From assembly GCF_006345805.1 (NCBI RefSeq), contig NC_043022.1, positions 10,416,001 to 10,480,000 on the forward strand: DNA of 64,000 nt, written 5' to 3'. The notes beneath the pieces were generated by a model. It was not told the DNA's origin and made no database searches. It saw only the letters and a list, made by a program, of their open reading frames with translations. Source of the DNA: Octopus sinensis. Taxonomy: Eukaryota. Below, piece after piece: positions 1-12,118 of the stretch. The position numbers were made by a program, and so were the translations under genes. The stretch's first letter is position 1. The number at the start of each line of letters is the position of its first letter.

Positions 1-142
1 TTTGTACCCCCACCACCATAATTTTTTAAAATATATTACACATGGTGGAAAATTGATTTCCTACCATGTATTATAATAATGATGATGAGAGTCATAAATA
101 TTAGGAATTTCTATTAAAATAAAAGCTTCATTTCTGTGTTAT

Positions 143-720
143 GGGCGTAGGAGTGACTGTGTGGTAAGTAGCTTGCTTACCAACCACATGCGTGGCACCT
201 TGGACAAGTGTCTTCTACTATAGCCTAGGGCCGACCAAAGCCTTGTGAGTGGATGTGGTAGACGGAAACTGAAAGAAGCCCGTCGTATATATATATGAGT
301 GTGTGTGTGTATGTTTGTGTGTCTGCGTTTGCCCCCCCCCACATCGCTTGACAACCAATGCTGGTGTTTACCTCCCCCGTAACTAAGCGATTCGGCAAAA
401 GGGATCGATAGAATAAGTACTAGGCTTAGAAAGAATAAGTCGGTACTACTTAAGAAGAATGGTCCCGGTGCCCGCATCCGCGCTAGCTAGTCGTGACTAG
501 TCGATCCTACAACGACTACCTAGCAAAGTAAATAAAACGCAAAATAATTTTTTAAAGTAAAAACAAAAACACAAAAGATCGACTAGCTAGCGAGTGCGCG
601 CACCGGGACCACTCTTCTTAAGTAGTACCGAATAAGTCTTGGGGTCGATTTGCACGACTAAAGGCGGTGCTCCAGCATGGCCACAGTCAAATGACTGACA
701 CAAGTAAAAGAGTAAGGAGT
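143..720 (+). mobile_element. tRNA-derived SINE (abundant local family, CORE-like 'ggcaccttgggcaagtg' segment), interrupted by a MITE at 442-629
   Basis: The same sequence recurs at ~2968-3120, 9490-9860(-), 10350-10725, 11085-11440, 19400-19575(-), 27693-28065, 42925-43215, 43815-44205(-) and 46590-46715. It has a tRNA-like head with A/B-box-like motifs. Confidence 0.8.
442..629. mobile_element. MITE with ~50-bp TIRs (GGTAC...GTACC) and 9-bp TSD gaataagtc; Merlin-like
   Basis: TIRs ggtactacttaagaaga(a/g)tggtcccggtgc at both ends. gaataagtc is present at 433-441 and 630-638. Removing the element restores the host SINE sequence. Confidence 0.85.
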
Positions 721-725
721 ATGTA

Positions 726-779
726 GCTAGCGGGGATGCGCGAGTACGCGCACCGGGACCACTCTTCTTAAATAGTACC
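726..779. mobile_element. Solo terminal repeat of the 442-629 MITE family, flanked by a 9-bp direct repeat
   Basis: Matches the right TIR of 442-629. gagtatgta is present at 717-725 and 780-788. Confidence 0.7.
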
Positions 780-1431
780 GAGTATGTATATTCATGACCC
801 AATTTGCCTAACTTTTAGGCATGAATATACGTAATACAGAAATGAAGTTTTTAATAGAAATTCTCGATTTTTATGACTTTCTCATCGTGGGGCACAACAA
901 GAAGTCTTTCCGAAGGACGATTGGTTAGAGACAAGGCATCCAGCTATAAAAAATCTGCTTCAAAGAATTTCATCTGAATGGAATTTTCCAAACATGGAAA
1001 AATGAATTTCAAATAAGGATGAAATGCAAGATTTGAACAAGAAACATAAAAGAAACGAACCAGAATATACTGCGAGGTATTTCAGCGTCGATGGTTACTG
1101 TTTTAACACATTACAAGAGAGAAATGTAAAGTTTTATAAGGAATTGCTGTAAGGTGAGTATTTGATACTGTAACAGGCGAAGATATAGATGAGATGAAGT
1201 GAAAAGAATCTAATGAGAAGCCAACATCGACACAGACAATAATGGCGGTCATGGTGGGAATTAATGTAAGGGAGATAATCACTGCTAGATAAGTCCAAGA
1301 ACAGTTCATCAAAGAAAACCTGCCCCCGTCTCTTAGGCAAGTTTTTCGGTTAACCTGTTACGCTCAAAGGGAGCCGAAATTGGGACTTTAACAGTAACAA
1401 AGATCCTGAATGTCTTTCCGTTACTTAAAAA

Positions 1432-1609
1432 GGCGTAACTTCGGTATAGGTACCGGAAGTACCGGATACATTTCAAGAAAGTTTTTTTTTTATATATGGG
1501 GGGGAGGGGGTTAGGGTTTGTCTTAGGGTTAGAGGTGGAAGAAAAGGGTTTCTGTTATCTTCAGAAATGTAAACAAAGCCACTTACGGTACCTATACCGA
1601 AGGAGCGCC
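1432..1609. mobile_element. MITE with ~29-bp TIRs (GGCG...CGCC) and 8-bp TSD cttaaaaa; Merlin-like
   Basis: TIRs ggcgtaacttcggtataggtaccggaagt / acttacggtacctataccgaaggagcgcc. cttaaaaa is present at 1424-1431 and 1610-1617. Internal ttagggtt motifs. Confidence 0.85.
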
Positions 1610-1819
1610 CTTAAAAATATAACCTATGATGGGATTATAACAAATCAATATAAACAAACGTGATTGAAAAGTTAAAAGAAATAAACGAAATTTGAACTTT
1701 AAAAGTAACAAAGAAGATTCACGAAGTATACATTATTTTTTACTTATTACAAAGACCTTAAGTATATGTTTCATTACTTAGAAATATAGTCCAGGATAGG
1801 ATTATGACAAATTAATATT

Positions 1820-2199
1820 GGCGAAGTGTCGGATCAGGACGGCAACATAAGTTGGATTTTCTCCATTTTGACGGGGATTTTTCCCAATTTTTTTTTCGGG
1901 ATGGTGAGGGTGGCGAGAGAAAGATAGTGAAAAACATCGATACATGTGAGAGATAATGAAATGATGAAGGTGGCCGTGGGATGTGCTAGAAACAACAGCC
2001 CAATCTCCCTTAAATCCCACGTTTTCATTTGGATTTTTTTTTTTTTTACCGAAAAGGCCTTTTACTATGGTTTTTAAATGCGTAGTGTAAATAAAAGATG
2101 GCCCATTATTTTCCAAGGCTGTGGTGAAAACAAAATTGGGAAATCTCCGTTAAAACGGAGAAAATCCAACCTATATCTGCGTCCTATGAAACTCTTCCC
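1820..2199. mobile_element. Older MITE with imperfect ~70-bp inverted ends
   Basis: aggacg..gttggattttctcc..ttttgacggggatttttcccaattt pairs with aaattgggaaatctccgttaaaacggagaaaatccaac..cgtcct. The left end begins ggcgaag, like one end of the 3239-4421 element. No TSD found. Confidence 0.6.
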
Positions 2200-2269
2200 A
2201 ACATTATTGAACAGTTAAAAGAAAAAACAAACAATCAGATATGGATCTTCCAGATCATTCTTAACTTAC

Positions 2270-2709
2270 CTTGAAACTGCCAGATGTAAAGGTGTGTTAC
2301 CATCCAAAGCCACTGTATTGATTTCAGGCTTAGATTTCATTAATGCAGTTATTGTGTCGCAGTTTCCACTCCGACAGGCCCAGTGCAAAGCTGTGTAATT
2401 TTCCCTCGTCAAGACATTCACATCAAGTTTACATGTAAGTAAAACGTCTACTATATGACTGAATCCACCCCGACAGGCCCAATGTAAGGGTGTGTAGCCA
2501 TCATTGGCCACCAAATTGACATCTGCTCCATATGCGAGTAAAACATTGACCATATCATAGTATCCTTCACGACAGGCCCAATGAAGTGGTGTATTACCAT
2601 CCATAGCCATCGCGTTGACAGCAAGTCCTAACTCTAGCAACTCTGCAACTTTGTCACTCTGTCCACGACGACAGGCCCAGTGTAGCTCCGTATTGCCATC
2701 CATTGCCAT
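2270..2709 (-). CDS. Ankyrin-repeat protein, first coding exon (gene probably continues beyond the left edge of the window)
   Basis: About 4.5 ankyrin repeats with 33-aa period (G-N/Y-TPLHWAC..G....V..LL..GADVN). ATG at 2709 has an in-frame TAA upstream. Donor AG|GTAAGT after 2270. A probable 5'UTR intron lies at 2754-2868 (GTAGGC...TTCCAG). Confidence 0.9.
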
Positions 2710-3238
2710 TTTATTATTATTACAAGGGTTCTATTTTTAGAATCTTGATTGATCTGGAAAAAAAAAGGCACACTAAAAATGCTGTGTAGGAGAGAGGAGG
2801 GTTGGGGAGAACTTGTTTTTATCATAAATATAACATAAATATAACAAATATTTCAGATCAGAGCCTACCTGAAGCTCAACGATAACAATATCCCAACCAA
2901 CTAAGAATTCTCTAAACAAGGGATTTTCAACTGGGGTTCATACGATTTTGTTGTTAAAATTTGTGCAGCTTACTTCCCACCCACACGGTTCGGGGTTCAG
3001 TCTCACTGCATGACAACGTGGGCAAGTGTCTTCTATAATTTCAGGCCAACCAAAGCCTTGTGAGTGGATTTAGTCGGCACAAACTGAACGAAGCCGGTCG
3101 TGTGTGTGAGTGTGTGTGCGTATATATATATGTAGTGGATCTTGCATGCATACATCGAAATTGAGAGGAGCTTTGGGTAGAAAACTGATGAGGATGAACG
3201 TGTCCACATCCTTTGTACATTTTTTTTTTCCGTTTTCC

Positions 3239-4421
3239 GGCATAGTTTCGGTTGTAGTAGCACAGATTTCCGTCGATTTCCGTAAAAAACTTTTATTTTT
3301 TTACATAAGTAATGAGAGCGAAAGAGACTAAGAGGAAGCGATTTTACGACGAGAAGGTTTCACTTTGAAGTCGGCCTGTGTGCGTTTGATGGGGTGTGGG
3401 AGACAGACAGTATGTTGTGTAAGTGAAGTGCTTCTGTTAGTGTGTGCGAAGAGACAGAGAGAGTAATGTGTGAAAGAGAGAGATAACTGATTTTTTTACT
3501 CGGTGTATGTGTATATGTATGTATGCATGTATGTGTGTGTGTGTGTGTATGTATCTATGTATGTGTGTGTGTTTATGTATGTATGTATGTATGTATGGCC
3601 GATTCAGTGTTTACATTATTTCGAATTAAAACGAAAGATTACCTTGCGGCGCCTGTTTATGTAACAGTCTGCTATGTAGAAAATAATGAGGTTGACTCAA
3701 TGGAATAATGACAGTGATCGAAGATATAGACAAAATTTTTTTTATTTAATCGTTATACATGCCTTGTCGACTGCTACTGTGCAGCCTTAATGTCTCTGTT
3801 GATGTGACGATGGTGAAATGGTAAGAAAAAGACGGGAGAGTTATAAAATGAGGAGATATTCTTCTCATGAGAAAAGAGTTGCATTCAAAGGAAAAAAAAA
3901 GTTAATAGTCTATAGAGGTGCACAGAAACTGGGTGCAAGCATGCATATATATGCATGTGTAAACATTGTGTTGTGCAGCAAAAGGAACGAACAGTACAAA
4001 ATGTGTAAGGAAAAGTGACAAAATCCGATTGGTAATGTTCTGTGTGAAAAGTCTATGCCGGCCATACATACATACATACATACATAAACACACACACATA
4101 CATAGATACATACACACACACACACACATACATGCATACATACATATACACATACACCGAGTAAAAAAATCAGTTATCTCTCTCTTTCACACATTACTCT
4201 CTCTGTCTCTTCGCACACACTAACAGAAGCACTTCACTTACACAACATACTGTCTGTCTCCCACACCCCATCAAACGCACACAGGCCGACTTCAAAGTGA
4301 AACCTTCTCGTCGTAAAATCGCTTCCTCTTAGTCTCTTTCGCTCTCATTACTTATGTAAAAAAATAAAAATTTTTTACGGAAATCGACGGAAATCTGATC
4401 TACGACATACGAAACTTCGCC
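3239..4421. mobile_element. Non-autonomous DNA transposon with ~360-bp TIRs and 8-bp TSD cgttttcc (Merlin- or Mutator-like)
   Basis: 3263-3601 is a near-perfect reverse complement of 4059-4397 (one mismatch seen). Outer termini are ggcatagtttcg / cgaaacttcgcc. cgttttcc is present at 3231-3238 and 4422-4429. The 457-bp spacer has no recognisable ORF. Confidence 0.9.
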
Positions 4422-6509
4422 CGTTTTCCTTATGTTCCTTCGTTGTCTTTCGTTAATGAGGTCATGAATAGCGACGAAAGAAAGGACTCAATATATTTGG
4501 TTGGAGTTCCATAAGTTTATAAGTTCTTTTTTGTTTTTAATGGACATAAATTGGCCATTCCAACAGAAGTGTGCCCCCCCCCCGGACTTTGTTGCTTCAT
4601 AACTTCCAGAAAATGGATATTTTTTAATAAAATTTTCGGTAAAATTACAGATTAACACCTGCACGATTTTCACTAAGAAAAAAAAAAACCGGATTTTTTG
4701 CGTGGAATCAAGTACCCTGACCTCCTAATATGCTGGAAATCCCATATTTTGGTTCGGAATTGGTCCGGAGGGGGGGAAGCCCCCCTCCCCGGAATTTTCA
4801 CTCAAAAAAGAACTCTGATTTTTTGCGTGGAATCAAGTACATGGGGTAGAAAGGGCTCCTTAGCCGTAGTGAAGGCAATCTATCTAGGGAGATAACCTTA
4901 CAATAAATCACTGGGTCCGTAGCTTAGAAATACTGGGTTGACGTCCAGCGGGAACAGCTTTGTTTCATGGAGGAGGAAAGATCTTCTTTAGTACTTGGTT
5001 GTACAATGCTTTCCAATGTGTGTAGTAGTGGCGCGCGCACACATTATTAGCCATTTGAAAAGACTATGAAAGTCTCGACCACGGTCGAACAATGATGATG
5101 ATGATGATGACTGTGACCTCGTAATATGCTGTAAATACGCTTCGGATAGTGTAGATTCTGACTATATCGAAGAAATATGTGGGGCAAAAAAATTCTATTG
5201 AGGGTCGGGTAAGGAGTTACGTAAAATTCACACAAGATACTTTCAAAAAACAAAAAAAAAAAAACGGATAAATTTTTTATGAAATTTTCTGTAAATACCT
5301 TTCAGGGTGAGTAGATTATTATTATTATTATTATAGAGGAATTTAGGCAATCTTACTAGAACCGTAAGATTGCTGGAGTTTAATATGAAAACATGAATTT
5401 GGTGGGATCGTACACATATATAACGACACACATTACATATAACTACAAAATGGAACTTGAAATTTCAGAAAAAAAAAAATTGTGATGCGGGTCAGTATGT
5501 ATACGCGTGTGTGTGTATTCTCATTATTTTTCTTTTAACATCAAATTCTGATCTAATCCTAATTTAAACACTCTGAAAAGTATTTATAGAAAATTTCATT
5601 GAAAAATACTTATTCTTCTCAAAGTTATGAAACAAAGATAGCACGGGTGAATTTTCCGAACCCCCTCTTGTCACCCACAGAAAAATTATTTGTAGAAAAT
5701 TTCATTACAATTTATATATTTTTCTGGAAGTTGTTATAAGGAAACAAAAGTCGGCCATAAATTCTTTGCTATAAATGAGAAATTTAAAATAAAAAATATA
5801 TTTACCTGAAAGGAGATATTTATAGCCGGTAACACAAAGAAAATTAAATTCAATGATGTCTTTAGACTTCCTTCTTCAGATATTAACACTGTTGATTTTT
5901 GTCACAGGCTAAATAAATAGTTGCATGATTTTCTCTGGCCTATAATTCGTGTGAATCTCCCAACGGTTTAGTTTCGACACGCCCACCCTGTCTTTTTAAC
6001 AAAATCTGCTTAACAAAAATATTTTCAGGAATTTATTTTATAATAATAATAATATTTATATTTATAATAATAATTTATTTTATAATATTTTCAGGAATTA
6101 TTTTTTTTCTATATCCCTATTTCTATTCAATTTTATACTTAATAACTTTTATATATCAAAAAAATGTTTATGTCCGGGCCTGTGGTGTATATAAGTACCG
6201 AATAAATATTAGCATTGAAAGTGGTGTCGTGTTACTTGCAATTATATGAAACATCTGTTGATACTTTCTTCCTAAGATATAATTAAAGCGATGCAGTAAG
6301 AACATAAGGCGTAGAAACTACACGGATGCCATACGACAGACATTACTCATAAATGGCCTTACTTTGAGCATGCGTCAGGAGGGTCAACGAAAGATAGAGG
6401 AGGGCACCTGTCCTTTGTGATTGAGGGCGACAATTTAGGTTTTGCAGGGATTCCGCTATTGGCAATAAATGTCGAAACCTTTGTTATAATGTTTTTTGTT
6501 TTTTTTTAA

Positions 6510-6681
6510 ATTGCAGAAATTGAAGGAAAAAACAACAAATATCTTACAAACTGTAGAATTTTCTCAATAAAGCCAAGAGAAAAAGATGTTTTATAAACAC
6601 ATTCTACCAGTATACGAAGTTTAACATTTTTTAATTACCTAGAAATTATGTTAAAAACTGCCATTCAAACCGAAAAGATCC
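6510..6681 (-). repeat. Interspersed repeat (GGATCTTTTC-headed, probable DNA-transposon end)
   Basis: Homologous to ~26668-26900 and ~59212-59330, which are in the opposite orientation. Confidence 0.6.
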
Positions 6682-7252
6682 GCGTGTGTGTGGACGACGG
6701 GTAGTGAACAGGGGTATATTATTTTTTGCCGCCCATGGGCTTCTTTTTTTCTTTTTAATAAGAAAAGTCTTACTTTCAACGATGCAACCTTCGCTATTTA
6801 ACTAAATGATACTGTTTGACGAAACATACGTACAATTCAGTTCATAAAATCAAATTTCTTTTCCGTAAACTTTCAAATAATATGCTGTTTACTTTTGGAA
6901 AAGAACTATCAACTTGCAATTACTTTTATACAAATCTAAAAGATTCGAATTAATTTGATTAAGAAATGTCTTATTTTCTACGATGCATAATTTAATTAAA
7001 TAATTCTGTTGAAAATGATAGCAAATCTATCACAGTGACATTTATTAAAATAACTAATTCGTTTTCAAGTCTATATTTGTACACTTCCGTCTTCGTTTTT
7101 CTTTTATTTTTGATCCTGCACTTATATATCCCGAAGCAGAAAAAAAATCATACAAATTCCTTTAAAGATGAAAATTTGCAATGATTTATTGCTAAAAGAA
7201 AAAGAAAAGAAAAATATCGTCTGCTGGATGCTATGTCGAGACTGGGTAACTC

Positions 7253-7489
7253 TGGCTAAAATTACAAAAAATTCCAGTCTTTAAAGATTCCTAACATTTT
7301 TTTGCTTTCATTATTATTCTCTTCAAAGATATGGTTGGGATTTTTGTAACATGTAAAACTACACATGTTAAAAATAGAAGATATGTGTCACACACACAAA
7401 GAAAAAAACATCTCCCCACCCTCACCCCTCGAAATTGGAGAAAAGTTCGGAGCATTTGAAGTTTGAAATTTGTTTTGTAATTTTAGCCA
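7253..7489. mobile_element. MITE-like element with ~20-bp inverted ends
   Basis: tggctaaaattacaaaaaatt / aatttgttttgtaattttagcca. No TSD seen. Confidence 0.5.
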
Positions 7490-7994
7490 AACACGTCCAC
7501 TTCACAGCCAAGAAATGGGGCACCATATTGTAAACCTTTTTGAAAACAACTTGCAATATGAACATATTTCATCAGGTGGTGCTATTAAGTTAGACATGGC
7601 CTGGACCAATCTTTGGTCGAAACATATCTAAGTTTTATTGGTCTGTCATTGCATTGTTTCTTGTTCTCTGATTTTGTCAATGATTAGATGGTCTACAGTA
7701 TCTTTTGAATATTCCCTGCGCCCCTTTCTGTTCAGTCAGTTCTGCATTTAATGATTGCATGTATCCTCTGAAAAAAAAAATGCTTGTTCGTAACTTCCAT
7801 TACAGATTGAGGCAAGTTGATAATTTCTTATTTTTTCCTTCCATAGTATCTGCAACAGTGATTCAAAACCAAACTGCCTGGTAGCCAATCAGACATCATG
7901 ACCGTCATGATCAGTCTGTTAAGCAACCAATCAGCATCAAGCCATTACGTGATTCTGGATGTGCAATGTCAGTGTGCATGTACAACAGAGTATA

Positions 7995-8160
7995 AGTATC
8001 GTAAGAGAAAAATTGGGTATAAGAGGCATCAGAGGTAGTGTGCAGGTGAGAAGACTGCACTGATATGGTCATGTAATGTGTATGGGCAAGGACAGCTGCA
8101 TAAAGAAGTGCTGACCTCTAATTGTGGAAGGAACCTGTGGAAGCAGCAGACCCAGGAACA
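7995..8160 (+). mobile_element. Degenerate RTE LINE C-terminal fragment
   Basis: Translates to REKLGIRGIRGSVQVRRLH*YGHVMCMG...VEGTCGSSRPR, homologous to the RTE ORF end at 61880-62150. Confidence 0.7.
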
Positions 8161-8170
8161 CAAGGCTTTG

Positions 8171-8301
8171 TTCCAGTATTACCAAATGAAAATTTCTGTG
8201 TGAGTTCTTGCAGAAATAGATTATTAACCAAGCACCCTTGGGTAATAAGAATCTACTTTGCCAAGTACTCAAATAGAAATTTTCATTCAGTAATACTGGA
8301 A
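8171..8301. repeat. Imperfect ~60-bp-arm hairpin (MITE-like)
   Basis: ttccagtattacc..aatgaaaatttct pairs with agaaattttcatt..gtaatactggaa. Confidence 0.55.
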
Positions 8302-11300
8302 TAAAGCCTGTCCTGAGAGCTAACCAGGCTAGAATTACATTAATATACACAATTGAAATAAAAGCTGGCTTTCCGCCAGTGTTCCAGTGGATCCGATTTA
8401 TGGAACAGCCTGACCATGGAATTAATATGCAAGTGGTTGAGTACAGCACAGATACATGTACCCTTAAGGTAGTTCTCAGAAAATTCAATGTAATACTGAA
8501 TGTAACGGCAGCCATGTTTGGATGGTGCTTTTTTACATGCTGCCCGCAGAGAAGCCAGTTGGGGCAAGAAGGCTGCCATTGACCATGTTCGGATGGTGCT
8601 TTTTACATGCTACCGGTATGGGGACCACTACTACAATTTCCATTTGATTTCATTTTGATGTTTATGTACTTGACTCAATAGGTCTCCTCAAGCACAGCAT
8701 GTCACCCTATGATCCAAGGGTACTTTTGAGTTGGCTGGTTATGCGACACTGATGTAGGTTACAGCTGTGATCTCACTTGATATTATTATACTGTTCCTCT
8801 ATTGTTCATATTACATTTCTGTAGGGAGTGACAAGACTCTTGGACTACCCTATACATATGTGCGAGACCATGTCCCATCCAGTCCCACCATTGCTTGACA
8901 ACTAATGTTGGGTTGTATACATCACCATAACATAGTAGTTCAGCAGAAGAGAGTGATAAATTAAGTACTGCAGTTGATTCGTTTGACTAAAACTCTTCCA
9001 GGTGGTGTCCCAGCATGGGGACAGCCTAATGCCTGAAACAAGTGAAAGATAAACCCAAACTATAGGTTTCGTAACAATCCTTTTAGTAGGAACTTATAGG
9101 AGATTGTTTGCGTTTAATATGGCTAGATAATTGGGTGACCCATCAGAAACTATTTTGCACAAAGTTAATATTATAGGTACAGGTGTGTAAGTAGCTTGCT
9201 TACACGCATGTTAGTTTTACTTCTGCACTGGTGTTGTCAAGACGTTGCTTTGCAGTGGTCTTGAATTGAAGAACTGTGAAGGTGCAACTATAAGGTAAGT
9301 TTGCTTTTTGGGGGATTCAGTGGGGGTTTGTGGTCCATTTTTTTTTTAACAAGAAATCCCCACTGGATTCCGGGGCATTTGTCTGCCTATAGTTGTGCTA
9401 AGTATCTCACTTAGCTGTGAGAAGAGTGCTATTTTGTGGGTGTATCTGGCCTCCAAAAATTGTGAAATATTTTCTGAATTTTTACCAATTTACTCTTTTA
9501 CTTGTTTCAGTCATTTGACTGCGGCCATGCTGGAGCACCGCTTTTAGTCGAGTAAATCGACCCCAGGACTTATTCTTTGTAAGCCCAGTACTTATTCTAT
9601 CGGTCTCTTTTGCCGAACTGCTAAGCTATGGGGACGTAAACACACCAGCATCGGTTGTCATGCAATGCTAGGGGGACAAACACAGACACACAAATATACG
9701 ACAGGCTTCTTTCAGTTTCCGTCTACCAAATCCACTCACAAGGCATTGGTAGGCCTGGGGCTATAGCAGAAGACACTTTCCCAAGATGCCACGCAGTGGG
9801 ACTGAACCTGGAACCATGTGGCTGTTAGCAAGCTACTTACCACACAGCCACTCTTGCGGTGGATTTTTTTGAAGCTGCGTCTCTGTTCTCTTTTGGCCAG
9901 GAGTACCAGAATTGTGTGTTGCTGTATTTTGAACTGTCTTCCTTCTTCTCTTCCTTTGAACTGTTTTTTGACTTTGTTTGGACTTTTGTTGGGTATTTTT
10001 TAACTGTTTCCTGAACTTTTTCTTCAAAGCATGGCGAAGAAATTGAACACTGCATTGGCGTGGGCAGTCATCCCACCCGAGCAATGGCTAAACAACTTAG
10101 AGGAAAGAACGGTGGTGTTGAGGACTTATTCTAAGTCACTTGACACTATTGCTGTCTTTCCTAAGACATATAGCAAAAGAGTTGGCAGAGCATCTGCCGA
10201 CTATTAAGTTTATTTCCAGGGGTGCTAAATATGCAACGGAGTGGTTGATATTTGACACGCCTGAGGTAACTCGCAAATTTGCAAGCCAGCCTTTGGAAGG
10301 GCAAGAGATTCTGTTTCTTCCCATATATTGTGGCCAATTTATGAAATAAAGTAGCTTGCTTACCAACCACATGGTTCTGGGTTCAGTCACACTTCACGGC
10401 ACCTTGGGCAAGTGTCTTCTACTATAGCCTTGTGAGTGGATTTGGTAGATGGAAATTGAAACATGCTAGTTATTTATATATATATATACATACACACACA
10501 CGTGTGTGTGTGTGTGTGCATTTGTCTTTGTGTTTATCCTCTACCACTGCTTGACAGCTGGTGTTGGTATGTCTATTGTCACCATAACTTAGCAGTTTGG
10601 CAAAAGATTACTGATAAAATAAGTACCAGATTTTTAAAAAATAAGTACTGTTCACTGGACTGAAAAAAGAAAAATTTTTTGAATAGTGACCCAGCATGGC
10701 CACAGTCTACTGACTGAAACAGATTAAAAAAAATTTATTTTTTAACATAAAAATGAATGAAGATAATTACATTATTATTGAATCCTTTGATTCTTTAATG
10801 GTGAGTCCACATTACTCTTTAAGGAGCAAAGGAGTGGTTTTCTGGTTTCCCTGACATTTATACACTTTCCTGGGTGGGATACCAGTCTGTCATAGAATTA
10901 CTCATTGGAATGCAAACCACAATTTATGATCAGGAGTCCAACACCCTAAATACTCATTTTTATCAGCCCAGTGGACTACGGTTATGTGAAATGAATTGTT
11001 TTGCTCAAGAATACAACACACTGCTCAGTCCTGGAATCAAAACCACAATCTTGAGACCAACAACCTGTGTTGAGTCCAACCATCTGTGTGGTAAGGAGTT
11101 CGCTTCCCAACCTCATGGTTTTTAGTTCAGTCCCACTGCATAGTACCTTGGGCAAATGTCTTCTACTATAGCTTCAGGTTAACTAAAGCCTTGAGAGTGG
11201 ATTTAGCAGATGGAAACTGAAAGAAACCTATTGTGTGTGTGTGTCTCCCACTATTGCTTGACAATTTGTGTAGGACGTTTATGTCCCTGTAGCTTAGCTG

Positions 11301-11487
11301 TTCAATAAAAGAGACCAATAGAATAAGTACCAGGGTTTAAAACAACAAAAAGTACTGGGGTCAATTTATTTGACTAAAATTTCTTCAAGGCAGTGCCCCA
11401 GCATGGCCGCAGTCTAATAACTGAAATAAGTAAAAGATAATGTGTGTGTGTGTGTGTCTCTTCGACTTAACATCATGTGACATCTTG

Positions 11488-12118
11488 TTCGTTGCCAGCC
11501 TCGCCTGGCCCCGTGCCGGTGACACGTAAAAGCACCGTCCGTTCGTGGCCGTTTGCCAGCTCTGTCTGGCCCCGTGTCGGTGGCACGTAAAAGCACCATC
11601 CGTTCATGTCTGTTGCCAGCCTCGGCTGGCCCCCGTGCCGGTGACACGTAAAAGCACCGTCCGTTCGTGGCCGTTTGCCAGCTCTGTCTGGCAACCGTGT
11701 CGGTGGCACGTAAAAGCACCATCCGTTCGTGTCCGTTGCCAGCCTCGGCTGGCCCCCGTGCCGGTGACACTTAAAAGCACTGTCCGTTCGTGGCCGTTTG
11801 CCAGCTCTGTCTGGCCCCGTGTCGGTGGCACGTAAAAGCACCATCTGTTCGTGTCCGTTGCCAGCATCGCCTGGCCCCGTGCCGGTGACACGTAAAAGCA
11901 CCATCCGTTCGTGGCCGTTCGCCAGCTCTGTCTGGCACCTGTGCAGGTGGCACGTAAAAAACACCCACTACACTCGCGGAGTGGTTGGCGTTAGGAAGGG
12001 CATCCAGCCGTAGAAACACTGCCAGATCTGACGAAGCCTTCCAGCTTCACAAACCCCAGTTGACCCGTCCAACCCATGCTAGCATGGAAAGCGGACGCTA
12101 AATGATGATGATGATGAT
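11488..12118 (+). mobile_element. RTE 3'-UTR-derived element with an internal tandem array of ~59-bp alternating A/B units and a (GAT)n tail
   Basis: About 8 repeats of gtg(c/t)cggtg(a/g)cacgtaaaagcacc..., followed by the cactacactc-ggagtggttggcgttaggaagggcatccagc tail shared with the RTE at 61255-61880. Confidence 0.8.

Noticed and set aside
1103-1340. Short ORFs as a possible next ankyrin exon
   Set aside because: No ankyrin motif and no phase-2 acceptor giving a plausible continuation.
11488-11960. HDV-like ribozyme resemblance (ccagcctcgcctgg...cgtgccgg) in the 59-bp units
   Set aside because: P1/P3 spacing and J4/2-P2 could not be fitted exactly, and the gtgccggtggcac hairpin explains the complementarity. 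A descriptor search (e.g. RNArobo) would be needed.
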